From Chrysomallon squamiferum (lineage: Eukaryota; Animalia; Mollusca), in NCBI GenBank assembly GCA_012295275.1, contig CM022677.1, forward strand, positions 4,278,001 to 4,342,000: a stretch of DNA of 64,000 nt, written 5' to 3'. Numbering within the stretch: position 1 is the first letter of the stretch; every line of letters starts with the position of its first letter. The notes under the pieces are model-generated. The model searched no databases, was not told where the DNA came from, and saw only the letters and a program-made list of their open reading frames with translations. The position numbers were made by a program, and so were the translations under genes. Positions 1 to 12,517 of the stretch are shown here, in pieces.

Positions 1-426
1 TTTTTAAAACCATTTTTTTTTTTTCCTCTTTTCTGTAGACAATTAATTATTATATAAAATAAAATGATTTTTGAAATTTACTATTTTCTATTAAATGAAA
101 TAAATATGGTTTTTGAAATTAGTGTGTTTGTTGTTTGTTTTTAATACTTTCTGTAAACAATTATCAAATGAAATAAAGACAATTTTAAAAACTGTAATTT
201 ACTATTTTCTGTAACAATTAATGGAAATAAAACTGATTTTAAAACAACAATGTGCTTGTTTTCTTTTCAGATAATGTATTACCAACACAACTAACATTTA
301 TATATATTATGGGGGAGGGTATACAGATCTGCTGAATATGTTTGAGGGGAGGGTTAATTCTCTGGGAAAGGGAAGTGAAACAGTAGATAAGTGCTGGTGT
401 ACTAGGATTAGATTAATAATAATTAG

Positions 427-476
<50 letters not shown>

Positions 477-562
477 TTAAAGAATTTAATCTTTATAAAT
501 TTTATTTTCGATTCCATTTTTTATTATTTATTTTTAAATTACTTTTTTATTTATATATTTTT

Positions 563-618
<56 letters not shown>

Positions 619-752
619 CGTTAAATATAAATATAAAATGAAAAATAAAACTAAAACTAAGGGCCCGGTTAGATATTATACAACGCTACATTTGCCAGGT
701 GAAAACACGTTTTTGAACTCCCTGTCATTTTGGAAAACAAAATTCAACCTAC

Positions 753-834
753 CTTGTTCGTCCGCTAAATTCATCAGTCCAGAGGTAATCCATAGCGAAG
801 TCAAAGACAACACTAAGGCACAGTAAAATGTCAT
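753..834 (-). CDS. Putative first coding exon with signal-peptide-like sequence, copy 1 (MTFYCALVLSLTSLWITSGLMNLADEQ-G)
   Basis: ATG at 834, 82-nt open frame with hydrophobic core, ends CAAG|gtaggt (phase-1 donor). CpG-rich sequence lies just upstream. Confidence 0.4.
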
Positions 835-1022
835 GGCATAAATCAAGCTTCCAAACAATTTTATATTTTTTAAATTACGAAAGTTGTTAAAGTGTCCCCG
901 GTCCGCGCGCTTTCTCTAATAGTCTCGCCGGAACTTCGGAATACTTCGGGATTCTGTGCTCGTGTCGGAAACGACTTGTTCCCCTTGGGTGGGGCGCGCA
1001 GCACTTTTCACCCGTGATAAAT

Positions 1023-1077
<55 letters not shown>

Positions 1078-1169
1078 GTCAAAAATTAAAGAATTTAATC
1101 TTTATAAATTTTATTCTCGATTCCATTTTTTATTATTTATTTTTAAATTACTTTTTTATTTATATATTT

Positions 1170-1232
<63 letters not shown>

Positions 1233-1368
1233 CGTTAAATATAAATATAAAATGAAAAATAAAACTAAAACTAAGGCCCCGGTTAGATATCACACAACGC
1301 TACATTTGCCAGGTGAAAACGCGCATTTTTGAACTCCATGTCATTTTGGAAAACAGAATTCAACCTAC

Positions 1369-1450
1369 CTTGTTCGTCCGCTAAATTCATCAGTCCAGAG
1401 GTAATCCATAGCGAAGTGAAAGACAACACTAAGGCAAAGACAATTTTCAT
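1369..1450 (-). CDS. Putative first coding exon with signal-peptide-like sequence, copy 2 (MKIVFALVLSFTSLWITSGLMNLADEQ-G)
   Basis: accATG at 1450, 82-nt open frame with basic-hydrophobic-small pattern, ends CAAG|gtaggt. Confidence 0.45.
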
Positions 1451-1494
1451 GGTAAATCAAGCTTACATACACAATTTTGAATTACTATAGTTGT

Positions 1495-1580
1495 TAAAGT
1501 GTCCCCGGTGCGCGCCCTTTCACTAATAGTCTCGCCGGAACTTCGCAATACTTCGGGATGCTGTGGCCGTGACGTCATGC
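1495..1580 (-). promoter_or_regulatory. CpG-rich proximal promoter candidate with Ets-like CCGGAA and a perfect CRE palindrome
   Basis: TGACGTCA at 1570-1577 and gccggaacttcg near 1535, in a CpG-rich patch immediately 5' of the ATG at 1450. Confidence 0.35.
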
Positions 1581-3259
1581 ATATTTTCTAACTGATTAAT
1601 TATTATTATTTCAATGAATTATAACATTGCCCCTACTTTTTAAATGACCAAGTCGAAATGATCTACCAACAGTAAAAACGCAAAACATTTATCTATTTAT
1701 TTTATTTATTTATACTAAGTATACTTATATTTACAATATATGTTGTTGTAATTGCATAACAGCGTGAACCTGTATGGCACAATAGAAGTCTGTACATGTT
1801 TGGCCTTCACCTTACTCTGATAAAGTGCACTTGCACTTGCAGAATGGATGATACGTTTTTTTTTTAGTGTCATGCGATCTACCCACACTGTCTATGCGAT
1901 CATTTCGTGAAAATAAACGTTTTCAACGTTTACAAAAGGTGTCCAGTGTGACGCAACATTTTCAAAAATCTGCCCGGGGTCGGGACAAATATTTCAACGT
2001 GTCCCCAAATGTGCGCCCCGCGCCACGTCGGGTTAATCCACTTTCAAAAAGGTATCCCTGCATTTTGGACGAAATAAACGTTTCCAACATTTTTACAAAG
2101 GTTGAAAAAGACGTGTGGCACTATGCCTGGGGTCGGGACAAAAATTTCAACGTGTCCTGAAAAGGTGACGGGCCGTCGGGTCCAGTGTGGCAAAGACGTT
2201 TCCAACATTTCAAAAGAAGCTGCACCTTTTGAAAATAACGTGTCAAAAAAAAAAACAAAAACATTTGCTGGAAAAATGTGTGTGTATTGAAAATCACTTT
2301 CATATATGAAATATATTTTTTATCATCCCCAAAATGAAATATTCGAAAAAAAAAAAATAAATCGTTATTCTGACCACATAATATAGATATTATCTTATTT
2401 TTTGTTTTTCTTAATTCTCATTTCATTTTAGCTAATAAAGAATCATAACCATCATCAACAAGAAATAAAATGCGAGTATTTCCACCTATTTTATTTAAGT
2501 TTACGAGATTATTTCAAGATGTTAAACTGACGTAATCATTATCAATCATTCGTTCTTTATGAATATATGAGTAATACAATAACTGTCATTTATAGATATA
2601 TAAAATAAAGATTCGGACGCTGTATCTGTCATTTACAAATATGTATGATACATAAAATATAATTTCAAAAATTTTAATATCGGAAAATAGCTTTTCAGTT
2701 TAAAAATATTTCTTACCTGAAGCAATGTTGTAATAAAATTAACTCCGTTACTCAGTTCCAAATTTAATTTAATATAATTACTTATATTTTTTAATTCAGT
2801 AGATACAGAATGAAAACAGTCTTACCCCTTTCCATGTTGTAATTACTGTAAATGTTGTAGCTGTTTGTAATTCTGGTTACAGCTAACGGAATGGCGAGGT
2901 ATCAAGGTTATATCAGAAAAATAATTAAGAAAACGCGCATCATATTTTTACATGTTCCGTCATTTTATCTATAGCGGGATCTTTTCTTTATTATTTTCTA
3001 ATGAATTAAGATCAGTTAATCTATTGTAGACCAGAGATCTGAACCGTGAGTTGAGTGAAAGAATCTGAGATCAAAAACAGGTTAACATGAAATGTTAAAC
3101 GTACCTGAAACAATGGTGTTTATTCTTTCAAATTAGTATATCAGTGTTGTGGGGAGGTATAATCATTTACAGTATGAATGACAGCAAAATAGCACTGTTA
3201 CAAAAGACTTGAAAGCCGCCATTTTAATCCTTATGTCACGTAATGTAATGTAATGATTG

Positions 3260-3313
<54 letters not shown>

Positions 3314-4187
3314 ATTATTATTTATTATTTATTGTTGTTGTTGTTGTTGTTGTTGGGGGGTTTTGTTTTTTTTTTTTTTTTTTTAAAGACGCTAGAAGAA
3401 TTTTTTTAGTAAGTCGATACAGATTACCCATCCAATTTTGATCTCAAACGTCATAAAAAAAATACCAGAACGAAAGACAATCTAAAAAGAAACCTCTGTG
3501 TCATAGTATATTACAAAAACAAATCTATGATTCTCTGCAAATAAAAAAAAATTAACGAAGAGAAATTATGTTTCCCTTGCTACCAGTGACGTTCATCAAA
3601 TCCAAAAGTAATTTCCAGTGGTTTCCTTATACAGATGCCTAATTCTGTTTCCTGTCATTTATTGTTTTAAAATTATTAATTGTCTTTTCATTTAAAAACA
3701 AACAAACAAATAAGTAAACAACATCAAGGAGCAAAAAACAAACAAACAAAAACAATACCCTCAAACAACAGAAAACAATAGAAAAACTAAATAACAAAAA
3801 ACATATATATGTAATTTTTAATAAATTTTATATATACGTATAGAAATTAAATCTTACGTATATTTAAACGAAATTAGATTTAGAAATTAAACATAGAAAT
3901 TTCCATTTTCTTTTTTTTTAATCCACATATTAAACTGCCTTGTTATCCTGACATCTGAAAAAATTATGTAAGATGAGCCTATATTTTTTCTAACAATATT
4001 CTTTTTCACTAGAATTTTATTTAAAATGATGGGTGTGTTGTATGGAGTAAATTTATATCTATATCTGTATATAAAGAATATTATTGGAATTACTAACTGT
4101 ATATTTATTTATTTAAAACATTTCTTCTCATTCTTCTTCTTATTACCATAATTATTGTTGTTCTTGTTAATATTTTTTATAATTATT

Positions 4188-4220
<33 letters not shown>

Positions 4221-4796
4221 CTGTACCGCCCTGCTTAATGTTTCTATTCTCTTTAAGATATTTTTACAAATTTGTTCTTAATAAAACTGTGGTTTTGCCG
4301 TAAAGCGTTCCCTCAGATAATCTATTGTCTTTGTTTTTAGATGTTAAGGTAACTCAAAGTAATGTTATTTTGGATCAGTTGTTTAGAAATAGTTCAGCAT
4401 TTATTGAGCATACTTTTTCTCTCTCAGAACTGTATTTAATCACTGACAAGACATGCTCTTATGATTATTTTGTCTATGTGGATGTGTTAAACGATGTCAG
4501 TTATATAAAGTAAAAAGTTCAGGATAAGACGTATCTGCCGAGTGATCCCACCCCTAACACATTTGTACTAGGGAGAGATATGCACAAATATCTCGGAATT
4601 TGTTAGAGACAATTCCCTTATGTTATGATTAGATTACTTTTTTCTTTTAAATATATAGAATAAGAAGATTTATTTTTGGCTCTAACAATTTACGTTAGCA
4701 TACGCTTATTCACACACATACACAAACTCATACACATATGTGCACCTATACGCACACACACACAGTATAAACTCACACACGCATACACACACATTA

Positions 4797-4832
<36 letters not shown>

Positions 4833-4939
4833 GGACAAAACTGTTGAGAACTATGTAATAATACACACACCTCGGAGCTGTCTCTGGCGTTTTTCTTTAC
4901 TGCATATTAAATAACAACAAGACTACCTTTTATGATAAA

Positions 4940-5320
4940 ACAAGGATGCAATGCAGTAAGACACTTTGTTGATATATTTATATGTTTGGCTATTCATGAT
5001 GCCTGCAAAAGAATATTCAGTGGATTTTTAATCCTTCTTGTGAATACCACCATGAATTTTTGTACATGATTACTTCAACAATAATGAATATGGCTCAACC
5101 ATGAAGGTTTCCTCTGGGATTATTTTAAGCAATGCAAAATTATGGAAAATACAATGGAGATAACATCAGTATCTTGCAGATTTATTCTGGAAACAATGTT
5201 CTAGAGAATATCACAACAAGAGAGACAAAAATGGTTTAATTTTCACAAACATATATATCTGATGAAATGTTCAATCTAATTTAAAGAATTACATCAAGAT
5301 GAATTTATATTGTGTCCCAT
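4940..5320 (+). mobile_element. BEL/Pao LTR retrotransposon integrase C-terminal relic
   Basis: Broken frames give QWR*HQYLADLFWKQCSREY and QERQKW (caagagagacaaaaatgg ~5217-5234), matching the Pao integrase C-terminal motif WRQVQYLADLFWKRWxxEY...QERQKW. Upstream IFICLAIH resembles IFTCLAxRAVH. Confidence 0.65.
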
Positions 5321-5426
5321 GTGTTACCTCTACTACTACTAATACTACTGCTGCCACTACTACCCCACTAGAATTACTCCTACTACTACTATTACGACTG
5401 CCAGCACAGTCACCACTACAACTAAC

Positions 5427-5573
5427 CTATTTTGCAATTATTACTTCTCTTGTAACCACAAGGACAACAGCAGCCTTCTCAACAGCCTCTGCCATTTCAT
5501 CTTTAGTGGATTCTTTCATGTTGTCCACATCCATCCACACATGATAATTAGCTCTCTTCACAGCCTCTTTTAT
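5427..5573 (-). pseudogene. TIR (TIR_2-type) domain exon B, frameshifted
   Basis: cag|IKEAVKRANYHVWMDVDNMKESTKDEMAEAVEKAAVVLV, then a frameshifting deletion, then YKRSNNCKI-G|gttagt. Matches the invertebrate TIR_2 pattern VWMDVxxM..AMAEAVExA.VVL..S..YK.S.NC..E. Confidence 0.85.
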
Positions 5574-5989
5574 CTGAGACGCAAACAAGACCACATAACT
5601 CTTATTACAAAATAATACATTTTAACATTTTGTGTTATACAAGTTTCCATCAGTATAAATAATCTTCAAACTGAAAACATAAATACTATAATATTTAAAA
5701 AGTATTGTTCTGACAGGAAAATTAGCTATTGTTAAATATCTTTTTATAAAGCAGACTACTTAGGAAAACAATTCTGTAAAGTATAGCCTGTAGGTACATT
5801 TTAATCAGTAAGTTGAAGTAAATAAACAAATGAATTTAGTAACAGCAATAAATAAGTGTATGTGCGTTCAAAGACAAGCATTCATGTCAATACATAGATA
5901 GAAATACACACACGCACACGCATGCTCACATACATAAACGCCTGTAACCTCTTCATACACGAATAATATAAATAATATAAACGTACTAA

Positions 5990-6166
<177 letters not shown>

Positions 6167-6230
6167 CATACATATACACATACATATATACACATATTCA
6201 AGCATATACATATATATAATATTTTTTTAC

Positions 6231-6322
6231 AGGTATGACTTTCTTTTGATCCGGCCATGCATAGCTTATCATAATGTGTCCAGTGGGTTTCTTTTCTGGT
6301 GAAGCATTCTTTTTCATGGCAT
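6231..6322 (-). pseudogene. TIR (TIR_2-type) domain exon A
   Basis: ttccag|(D)[30 protein letters not shown]|gt. GHIMISYxW is the TIR_2 box-1 start, and the phase-0 end joins exon B. Confidence 0.8.
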
Positions 6323-6731
6323 CTGGAATAAACATTAACAATCATGTAATTTATTAATAGAAATATGTTGCAAATACTGTTAGTACTTTTTTATATTAGC
6401 TTCCATACTTATTATTAATTTGATTATTATTATTGTTGTTGTTGTTATTATTAACAAAAAAAAATCAAAAAATTAAAAATCAAAAATAGATATGTTTGCT
6501 GCTTCTTGTATTTTTCCTGTTAATACCATTACCACCAGTGCTTCTGCTATTATTACTCTAACTTCTTCTGTTACTATTGCTAGAACCATTAGTACAATAA
6601 TTATCACTAATTACAATAGTTACTGCTACTGCTGCTACTAATACTGCCACTACTATTACTAATAAAATACTGGTCGTTTACTGCTACTTCTAAAACTGCA
6701 ATTACCATGGTACACTACTTGAATAACTTAC

Positions 6732-6876
6732 CATTATGTATCTTTAATTTAGCCGATAAATCATTAATTTCCGATTCCTACGTAGATTCCATCAATATCA
6801 TTTCCACAACGGAAACATTTTGTCACATTTTGAGAATTATCTGAGTATCCACAAGCATTACATTTCCTGTCTGAGG
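6732..6876 (-). pseudogene. Upstream exon of the TIR gene with a CxxC-x11-CxxC zinc-ribbon-like motif, frameshifted
   Basis: ttcag|SDRKCNACGYSDNSQNVTKCFRCGND..., then in another frame SEINDLSAKLKIHN-G|gtaagt. The 145-nt length is one base over an in-frame phase 1-1 exon, and the phase-1 donor fits exon A. Confidence 0.5.
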
Positions 6877-7149
6877 CTGAACAAAAAATATATATATGTC
6901 TGAGGGGAAAAACTGTATAGCTATATCTATGTATTTTGAAGTACGAAAATGTTTGATATTTTGTTTCTTGTTCTTTACGGTGATACAATATATAATAAAA
7001 TATTTTGGTTTCATTATTAAAATTATTTATTAGAGGTCAACAGAAATGTAGCTTGTTCATTCAGCCCAGCATTAGTACCTCAGAAGCTCCCAAAGATTTG
7101 AAAGATCCTGTAAGAGAACTTGTTGATCAGTTTCACAATGCTGAAGAAG

Positions 7150-9650
7150 TGCTCTTCTTATTTACACAGAAAATTTGCTTTCTTATTCCCTGAATTTTGC
7201 CTGCCAAGTAGTTCGACCAGGCCGGGCTTTTATTAGACGGATAATTGATGCAACAAGAGGAGTCACTAAACCACATCACAACATCTGGGTTACACAAAGT
7301 ATGAAGAGAGATTTTAAAATGTGGTTAGATTTTCTAGAGCACTGCAATGGGATTACAGTCATGCCCGACATGTTCTGGACCAGCAGTAACTCCTTGGAAT
7401 GTTTATCGATCTCTTTCCTGTCTTAGTCGCTTTAACTGTTTGGGGGAATAGGTTCAATAACAAAAAGTAAGTGTTTCATACTGACAGTGAGGCAGTAGTA
7501 ATTGTAGTCAATAAGAAAACATCAAAGTGTCCCATGGTAATGTCCTTGATGAAATTTGTTTTAATAACTTTAAACAGAAAATTCTGATAAAACCCAAAAT
7601 CATTCCAGGCAGACAGAATGTAATAGCAGACGCAATTTCTTGTTGTCAGTTGGGAAAGTTCGGAAGCTGGAGCCAGAAGCAGTGTGGAGGCAGACAGGTA
7701 CTAAAGAATTCAGTGGCAGGTCAGACACGGAGAACTTGCCATAATGCTGAAAAACAACTGGAAAAATTTCGATTTCGATTTGGATTTCCTCCACTATGGC
7801 TAATGCCTGTAGATCACTTAGTCCAGCTCATTGCTTTCTTGTCATTACAGCAATTAGCCCCATCTACTGTAAAAAACATATATTAGTGGGATAAGTATTT
7901 GGCACAAATCTAAGGGGGAGGGGGACCATACAAGGCATTTAGTTTTATTTCAAAACTCCTTGAAGGACTATGTAGGAGACGTGCAGGACTACACCTATCA
8001 ATTTTGGAGAAAATTTTGGCTGCATCTTCAACTATTTGTTCAACTCAGTTCGAGGCCAATTTATTTGAAACAGCTTTCAAACTGGCCTTTTTTGCATTTT
8101 TACGGGTGGGGGAAATAACAGCCAGAACACAGGAGGACAATTCGAACAGACCCATCGGGGTACAGGATGATATCTTCAAGTTTAGATCTGGAGAAAAACA
8201 CCTGAACCAGCTGACACTTCTCATAAGAGAATCGAAGAATGATCAAAGAGGTATTGGTTATCTACTCTATCTGGACAGTTTCGCAAGTGAAAACGTCAGT
8301 CCAGTGCGAGGTTTCCAATCATGATGTGAGACTGGTTCAACCCAGCTTCTTACTCATTATAATGGTAAGTCATTAACTAGGTACCAGTTTAACATGTTGT
8401 CAACCGTATATTACAGTTTATAAAGTAAAAGTTCAATGTTGTAAATCATATAGCTTTAGTATAGGTGCAGCAGCATTAGCTGCAGCGAGAGTTTAGCAGA
8501 GGATACAAGTAAACCCTGGGGCAGGTGACAACCGGGGGCTTACAGTAGGTAGGTATATTCGGGTGTAATTTGTTTATGTCATTTAAATAATACAATTGCT
8601 GATTGTAGGGAAGCATGAAGTGTAGTTTAATCGGATCTTCCATTATCCACTGGGCAGGAATCCAGGCACCGGCAACCTAGGTTTGCAGCAGGCAGGTACC
8701 GATGTAAAATGGTATGATAACAGAGGAATGTGGTCTTCGCAGCTAGACAGTTTCATTTCAGAGAAGTTGAAACACCAGCCCCCACCTAATGCTGTCATTT
8801 TACAACTGGGTTCGAATGACATGGTAACGACGAAGTCCAGGGAGCTGATTCAGAGCATCACTTGCTCGGTCCTACGACTCAGAGCACTGCTCCCCTCTAT
8901 GAGGATCACATGGTCAGTTATGCTACCTCGCCTTTACAGGCTAAACAGCCAAAGCAGGTAGACAAGAGTGAACAGCGAGCAGATCACGAGCAGAGGGAGG
9001 AGCAGTCACTGGGCACCCAGCAGTGCGAGATCTCGATTTGCTCAGGACTGTCACTTGTCATTCACGGGAAATGCACTGTACCTGGAAGGAATGCAGAAAG
9101 CAGTGGTTTTTGGTGGGGCAAGGTGTTTCCACGAGGTGAGTGGATGGCGGGACCCCCCGGAGACAGCTGCAGAGCTAAGGTTCATCTGGTCCAGGGTGAG
9201 GTTCCATCTACTGACCTGTAGGGGAACAGGTCATTCATTACCAAAGGATTCACTGGCAGGTGCCTTAAGAATTCGGGTCCCAAGGGGAGTGGTTCAACCC
9301 ACCTACGAATCAGCGAGGGGGAAGGTAAGGTAATGTAAATATACTTGATCTTCGGGGCCGAAGATGGGTTACCGAGTGGGCTGGTTTAATTAGGGAACCT
9401 TGGCTCTTGCCCACTCTGATTAAACTTCCAGGAAGGTATAAGCAGCCAACCATGCACACCAGGTTGGTACTGACAAGCCACAAACTCTACTGTGAGTGCA
9501 GTCAGTATGTCTCCAGTGTGTTCTGGGTTATTAGTTTTATTCAGCTGCGTCCAGTTTTTTTATCCAACAATAAAATGGTTTGGAGGTATTCATGTAAATG
9601 TAAATAATTGTATATCATGAAAGGTCTCACTTGTACATAGTTTTGTAAAT
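7150..9650 (+). mobile_element. Degenerate Ngaro-like (DIRS order) tyrosine-recombinase retrotransposon: RT/RNase H, YR, SGNH hydrolase
   Basis: RT end LNFACQVVRPGRAFIRRIID...MWLDFL (7190-7400). RNase H FHTDSEAVV...IPGRQNVIADAIS (7470-7650). YR AFFAFLRVGEIT, SKNDQ, SYSFSIGAA (degenerate HSFRIGAA), WGR*, YIR (8080-8565). SGNH LIGSSIIHWAG and LQLGSND (8625-8830). Many stops and frameshifts; boundaries approximate. Confidence 0.85.
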
Positions 9651-9719
9651 AAAGATATATGTTATCATTTTTAGTGTTTATTATCTGGGCATTAATTAGA
9701 GATATCTGCTTGAATATTT

Positions 9720-9832
9720 ACCAATGTGTTTATTTAATATTGCCAATAAATCGAGCGCTTCAAATTCGTATCCATGCAAGTTTCCCAGTAAATTAACTCT
9801 TGCACAGTGTAGAGAAAAAAAGTAATATATAT

Positions 9833-9876
<44 letters not shown>

Positions 9877-10560
9877 CGCACACACACAAACACACATGAA
9901 ATAAAATAAAATATTTAAAAATAATAACAAAAACGAAACAAAAACAAAATTAAATTAAATAAATGAATGATCACACTAAATTAAAAGGATACAATGTGTG
10001 TACCTAAGTGTATGTGTGCATATTTATGTGTGTGTAGAATAGAGAAGTTATAACCATTGTTTCCTGTTCCATAAACGTCCGTATTTAATGCATTTTTTAA
10101 ATAATTAGTTCACAAAAGTAATTAGGAGTACGTGCTAGCAAGATAGACTCAGACGACTCCTAGTAGTATTTATACTGGTCTTTTACTGCTACTGCTACAA
10201 CCACCACAATTACTATTATACACTGCTCAAATACTTACCAAGCGTTTCAAATTTGTCTCTTGCGCAGCCTAGGAAAACAATTACATATACATATATAATA
10301 AAGTAAAATGTTAAAAAATAATAACAAAAACAAAACAAAAATATAAATAAATAAATAAAACATCATACTAAATTAAAATGATGCAATATCTGTATATGTG
10401 TGTGGGTCAGTCTGTGTATGTATGTATATACATGTTTTGCGTAGAATAGAGAAGTTATAATCATTGTTTCCTATTCCATAAAGGCCAGTATTGAATGTTT
10501 TTTACTTCATAAAAGTGATCAGAAGGGAGCAAGTGCTAGCAAGATAGCACAAGACGAGTG
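9720..10560. repeat. Diverged ~390-bp tandem duplication carrying minus-strand micro-exon candidates
   Basis: 9900-10160 matches 10295-10560 (actaaattaaaa, agaatagagaagttataa.cattgtttcct.ttccataaa, gtgctagcaagatag). A 30-nt tag|...|gtaagt micro-exon lies at 10239-10268. Confidence 0.7.
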
Positions 10561-11521
10561 ACTGCTATTGGGAACTTTGATTAACACTGGGAACTGTATG
10601 GTTTTGTCACATGCCACATAAGGCAGTTGCTGTCTAGAATTTAAGCAAGGAATCTGGTCCTTGATAGTAGGACCTTAAATTACTGTTAGTCAAGGTAAGC
10701 ATGTTTATATTTGTTAATAATATAATTCATGATGTGCTATAGAATATCTGACATCAATAATTAATATAGACTTATTGCTTTCATTTTAATATATCTGCTA
10801 AAGAGAACAGTTAAGAGTATTATGTATAAAAGATGGGACAATAATTATATTTTACTGCCCACTTTCATTTGTGGACTTTCATTCATATCGAATATGCTGG
10901 CGCACAGTTAATTCAGCGTCTTCGCATAGTTTTAAGTAACAGTAACTCAACTGTGTTAGTGTTCACATGGAAATAGATTTTAAAAATAAACATGATTCAC
11001 AGAGTATTTTCTCAGTAAACGCAGCTGACATAATTATTTGTTATTTCTGTTCAGGTGGCGACACTGGTTCTGTGGGGTAAGTGTTACTGACATCACTACT
11101 TATATGATTGCATATGTTTTATATTTATGTGTAATTGTTAATTTACATGTGCTAGTGTTTGTGTCTTTATGATAAGAGTTAATCTAATCGTTAAATATAA
11201 ATGTCTCAGGACGTTCATATATATATGTATTTAAAAGGCTTATGATTCAATTATTATTATATGACACTTTCATTTATGTATAAAGGATTTTTATAGAGAC
11301 TTTTATATATTGTAATTCGTTCTATTTATCAAAAGCGGCAGAAATCATCACAGGCAGATGTATCGTATTAATATTAGCATGCTAGGTGTCCATGCGCCAG
11401 ATAAACACAAAGATTTCTGAGTCGCTTATTTAAAAAAAAAAATAATAATAAATGAGTCTGTGTAAAAGAGAAAAACGAATTAATCATTCCATTGTCTAAT
11501 TAAAAAAAGCTCACAGGAAAA

Positions 11522-11712
11522 TCAGCAAGTTTTAACTCCACATCTAAGCTGCGTTATTAATCGCTCCATGTTTGTCTGAAATGGATATCTGCCACTGAAG
11601 TCAAAAAACATTTTAGTCCCTACGAGAATTCCCAGCCAACCATCAGGTTTGTAATCTTTCTCCATCAGAAGTGGTATGACAGCGTTCTTTCGTTCAAATG
11701 AATATTCACCTT
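11522..11712 (-). pseudogene. TIR (TIR_2-type) domain terminal exon C
   Basis: ag|(E)GEYSFERKNAVIPLLMEKDYKPDGWLGILVGTKMFFDFSGRYPF matches EAEYA..KK.IIPL.M..YKPDGWLG.ILG.KL..DFS. The phase-1 start fits the end of exon B. Probable +1 frameshift near 11580 before QTNMERLITQL. Confidence 0.88.
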
Positions 11713-12334
11713 CTATTCATTGTAATACGGAATGTATAGTTACTTCACGAATAAATAATCTATAATACACACACATACGAGAGAGAAAGATAGGTGTGTA
11801 CATATATCTATATTTATCTATATAGATACATACAGACAGACAGACAGACAATGATGTACAAATTACACATTGCTCACAGATAAAAACGCGCTCACTAATA
11901 TACTCGCTCGCACTCATGGACCTATAAGAACTAATCAAGTGAAAATGTCAAATGTATTACGTATTTTGACAGAGATGCTTTTTTCTCAAAGTACTAAAGT
12001 GTTTCACTGTGCATTAAAGACACAAGAAACAAAGTTATTTTTTATTAGCGCCAAATCCGACTTAGCACATTGTTTAAATTCATTCACGACAGATTTAGTT
12101 TTAATAAAGAATCAACCGATTCCTGTCTCTACCGAGTTCAACTCGAGGCTCAAAGTCATAAATTTTGTGAAATGAGGAAAACGAAAAAAATGTAAATACA
12201 AAGAAGCTAAATTAATTAATTAAAAATGACAAAAACAACAAAAAATAATAAATAAATAACTGTATGAATGAATGAATGAATAATAATAATAATGATAATA
12301 AATCACATTTCTCTTTAATACACGATTTATTTCG

Positions 12335-12397
<63 letters not shown>

Positions 12398-12517
12398 TAA
12401 TACACAGGTGTTAATTTCATTTAAAATTTAACTTTACAAACAATGAATATCCAAAGTAAAAATATTACAAAATACTAAACAGATAATCCTAATTTGTATT
12501 TAGATTTTATAAATTTT

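Larger units (their letters stand above)
420..1580. repeat. Diverged ~610-bp tandem duplication (two copies, ~420-960 and ~1025-1565)
   Basis: Both copies share (AAT)n, aaaattaaagaatttaatctttataaattttatt, (TTA)n, aaaactaaaactaagg, ccttgttcgtccgctaaattcatcagtccagaggtaatccatagcgaagt and aagtgtccccggt...ctaatagtctcgccggaacttcg at an offset of about 609 bp. Confidence 0.9.

Noticed and set aside
338-1238. ORFs with poly-I, poly-L and poly-N runs (also 3253, 5882-6345, 25836-26159, 42707)
   Set aside because: Products of (AAT)n, (TTG)n and (TA)n microsatellites.
1867-2303. CpG-rich patch with internal repeats (gggtcgggacaaa x2, aaacgtttccaacattt x2) and short ORFs
   Set aside because: Looks like a repeat-family fragment; no rRNA, tRNA or protein similarity recognised, so it is left unassigned.
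8862-9607. GC-richer ORFs downstream of the SGNH hydrolase
   Set aside because: No recognisable motifs; more likely the non-coding terminal region of the retroelement.
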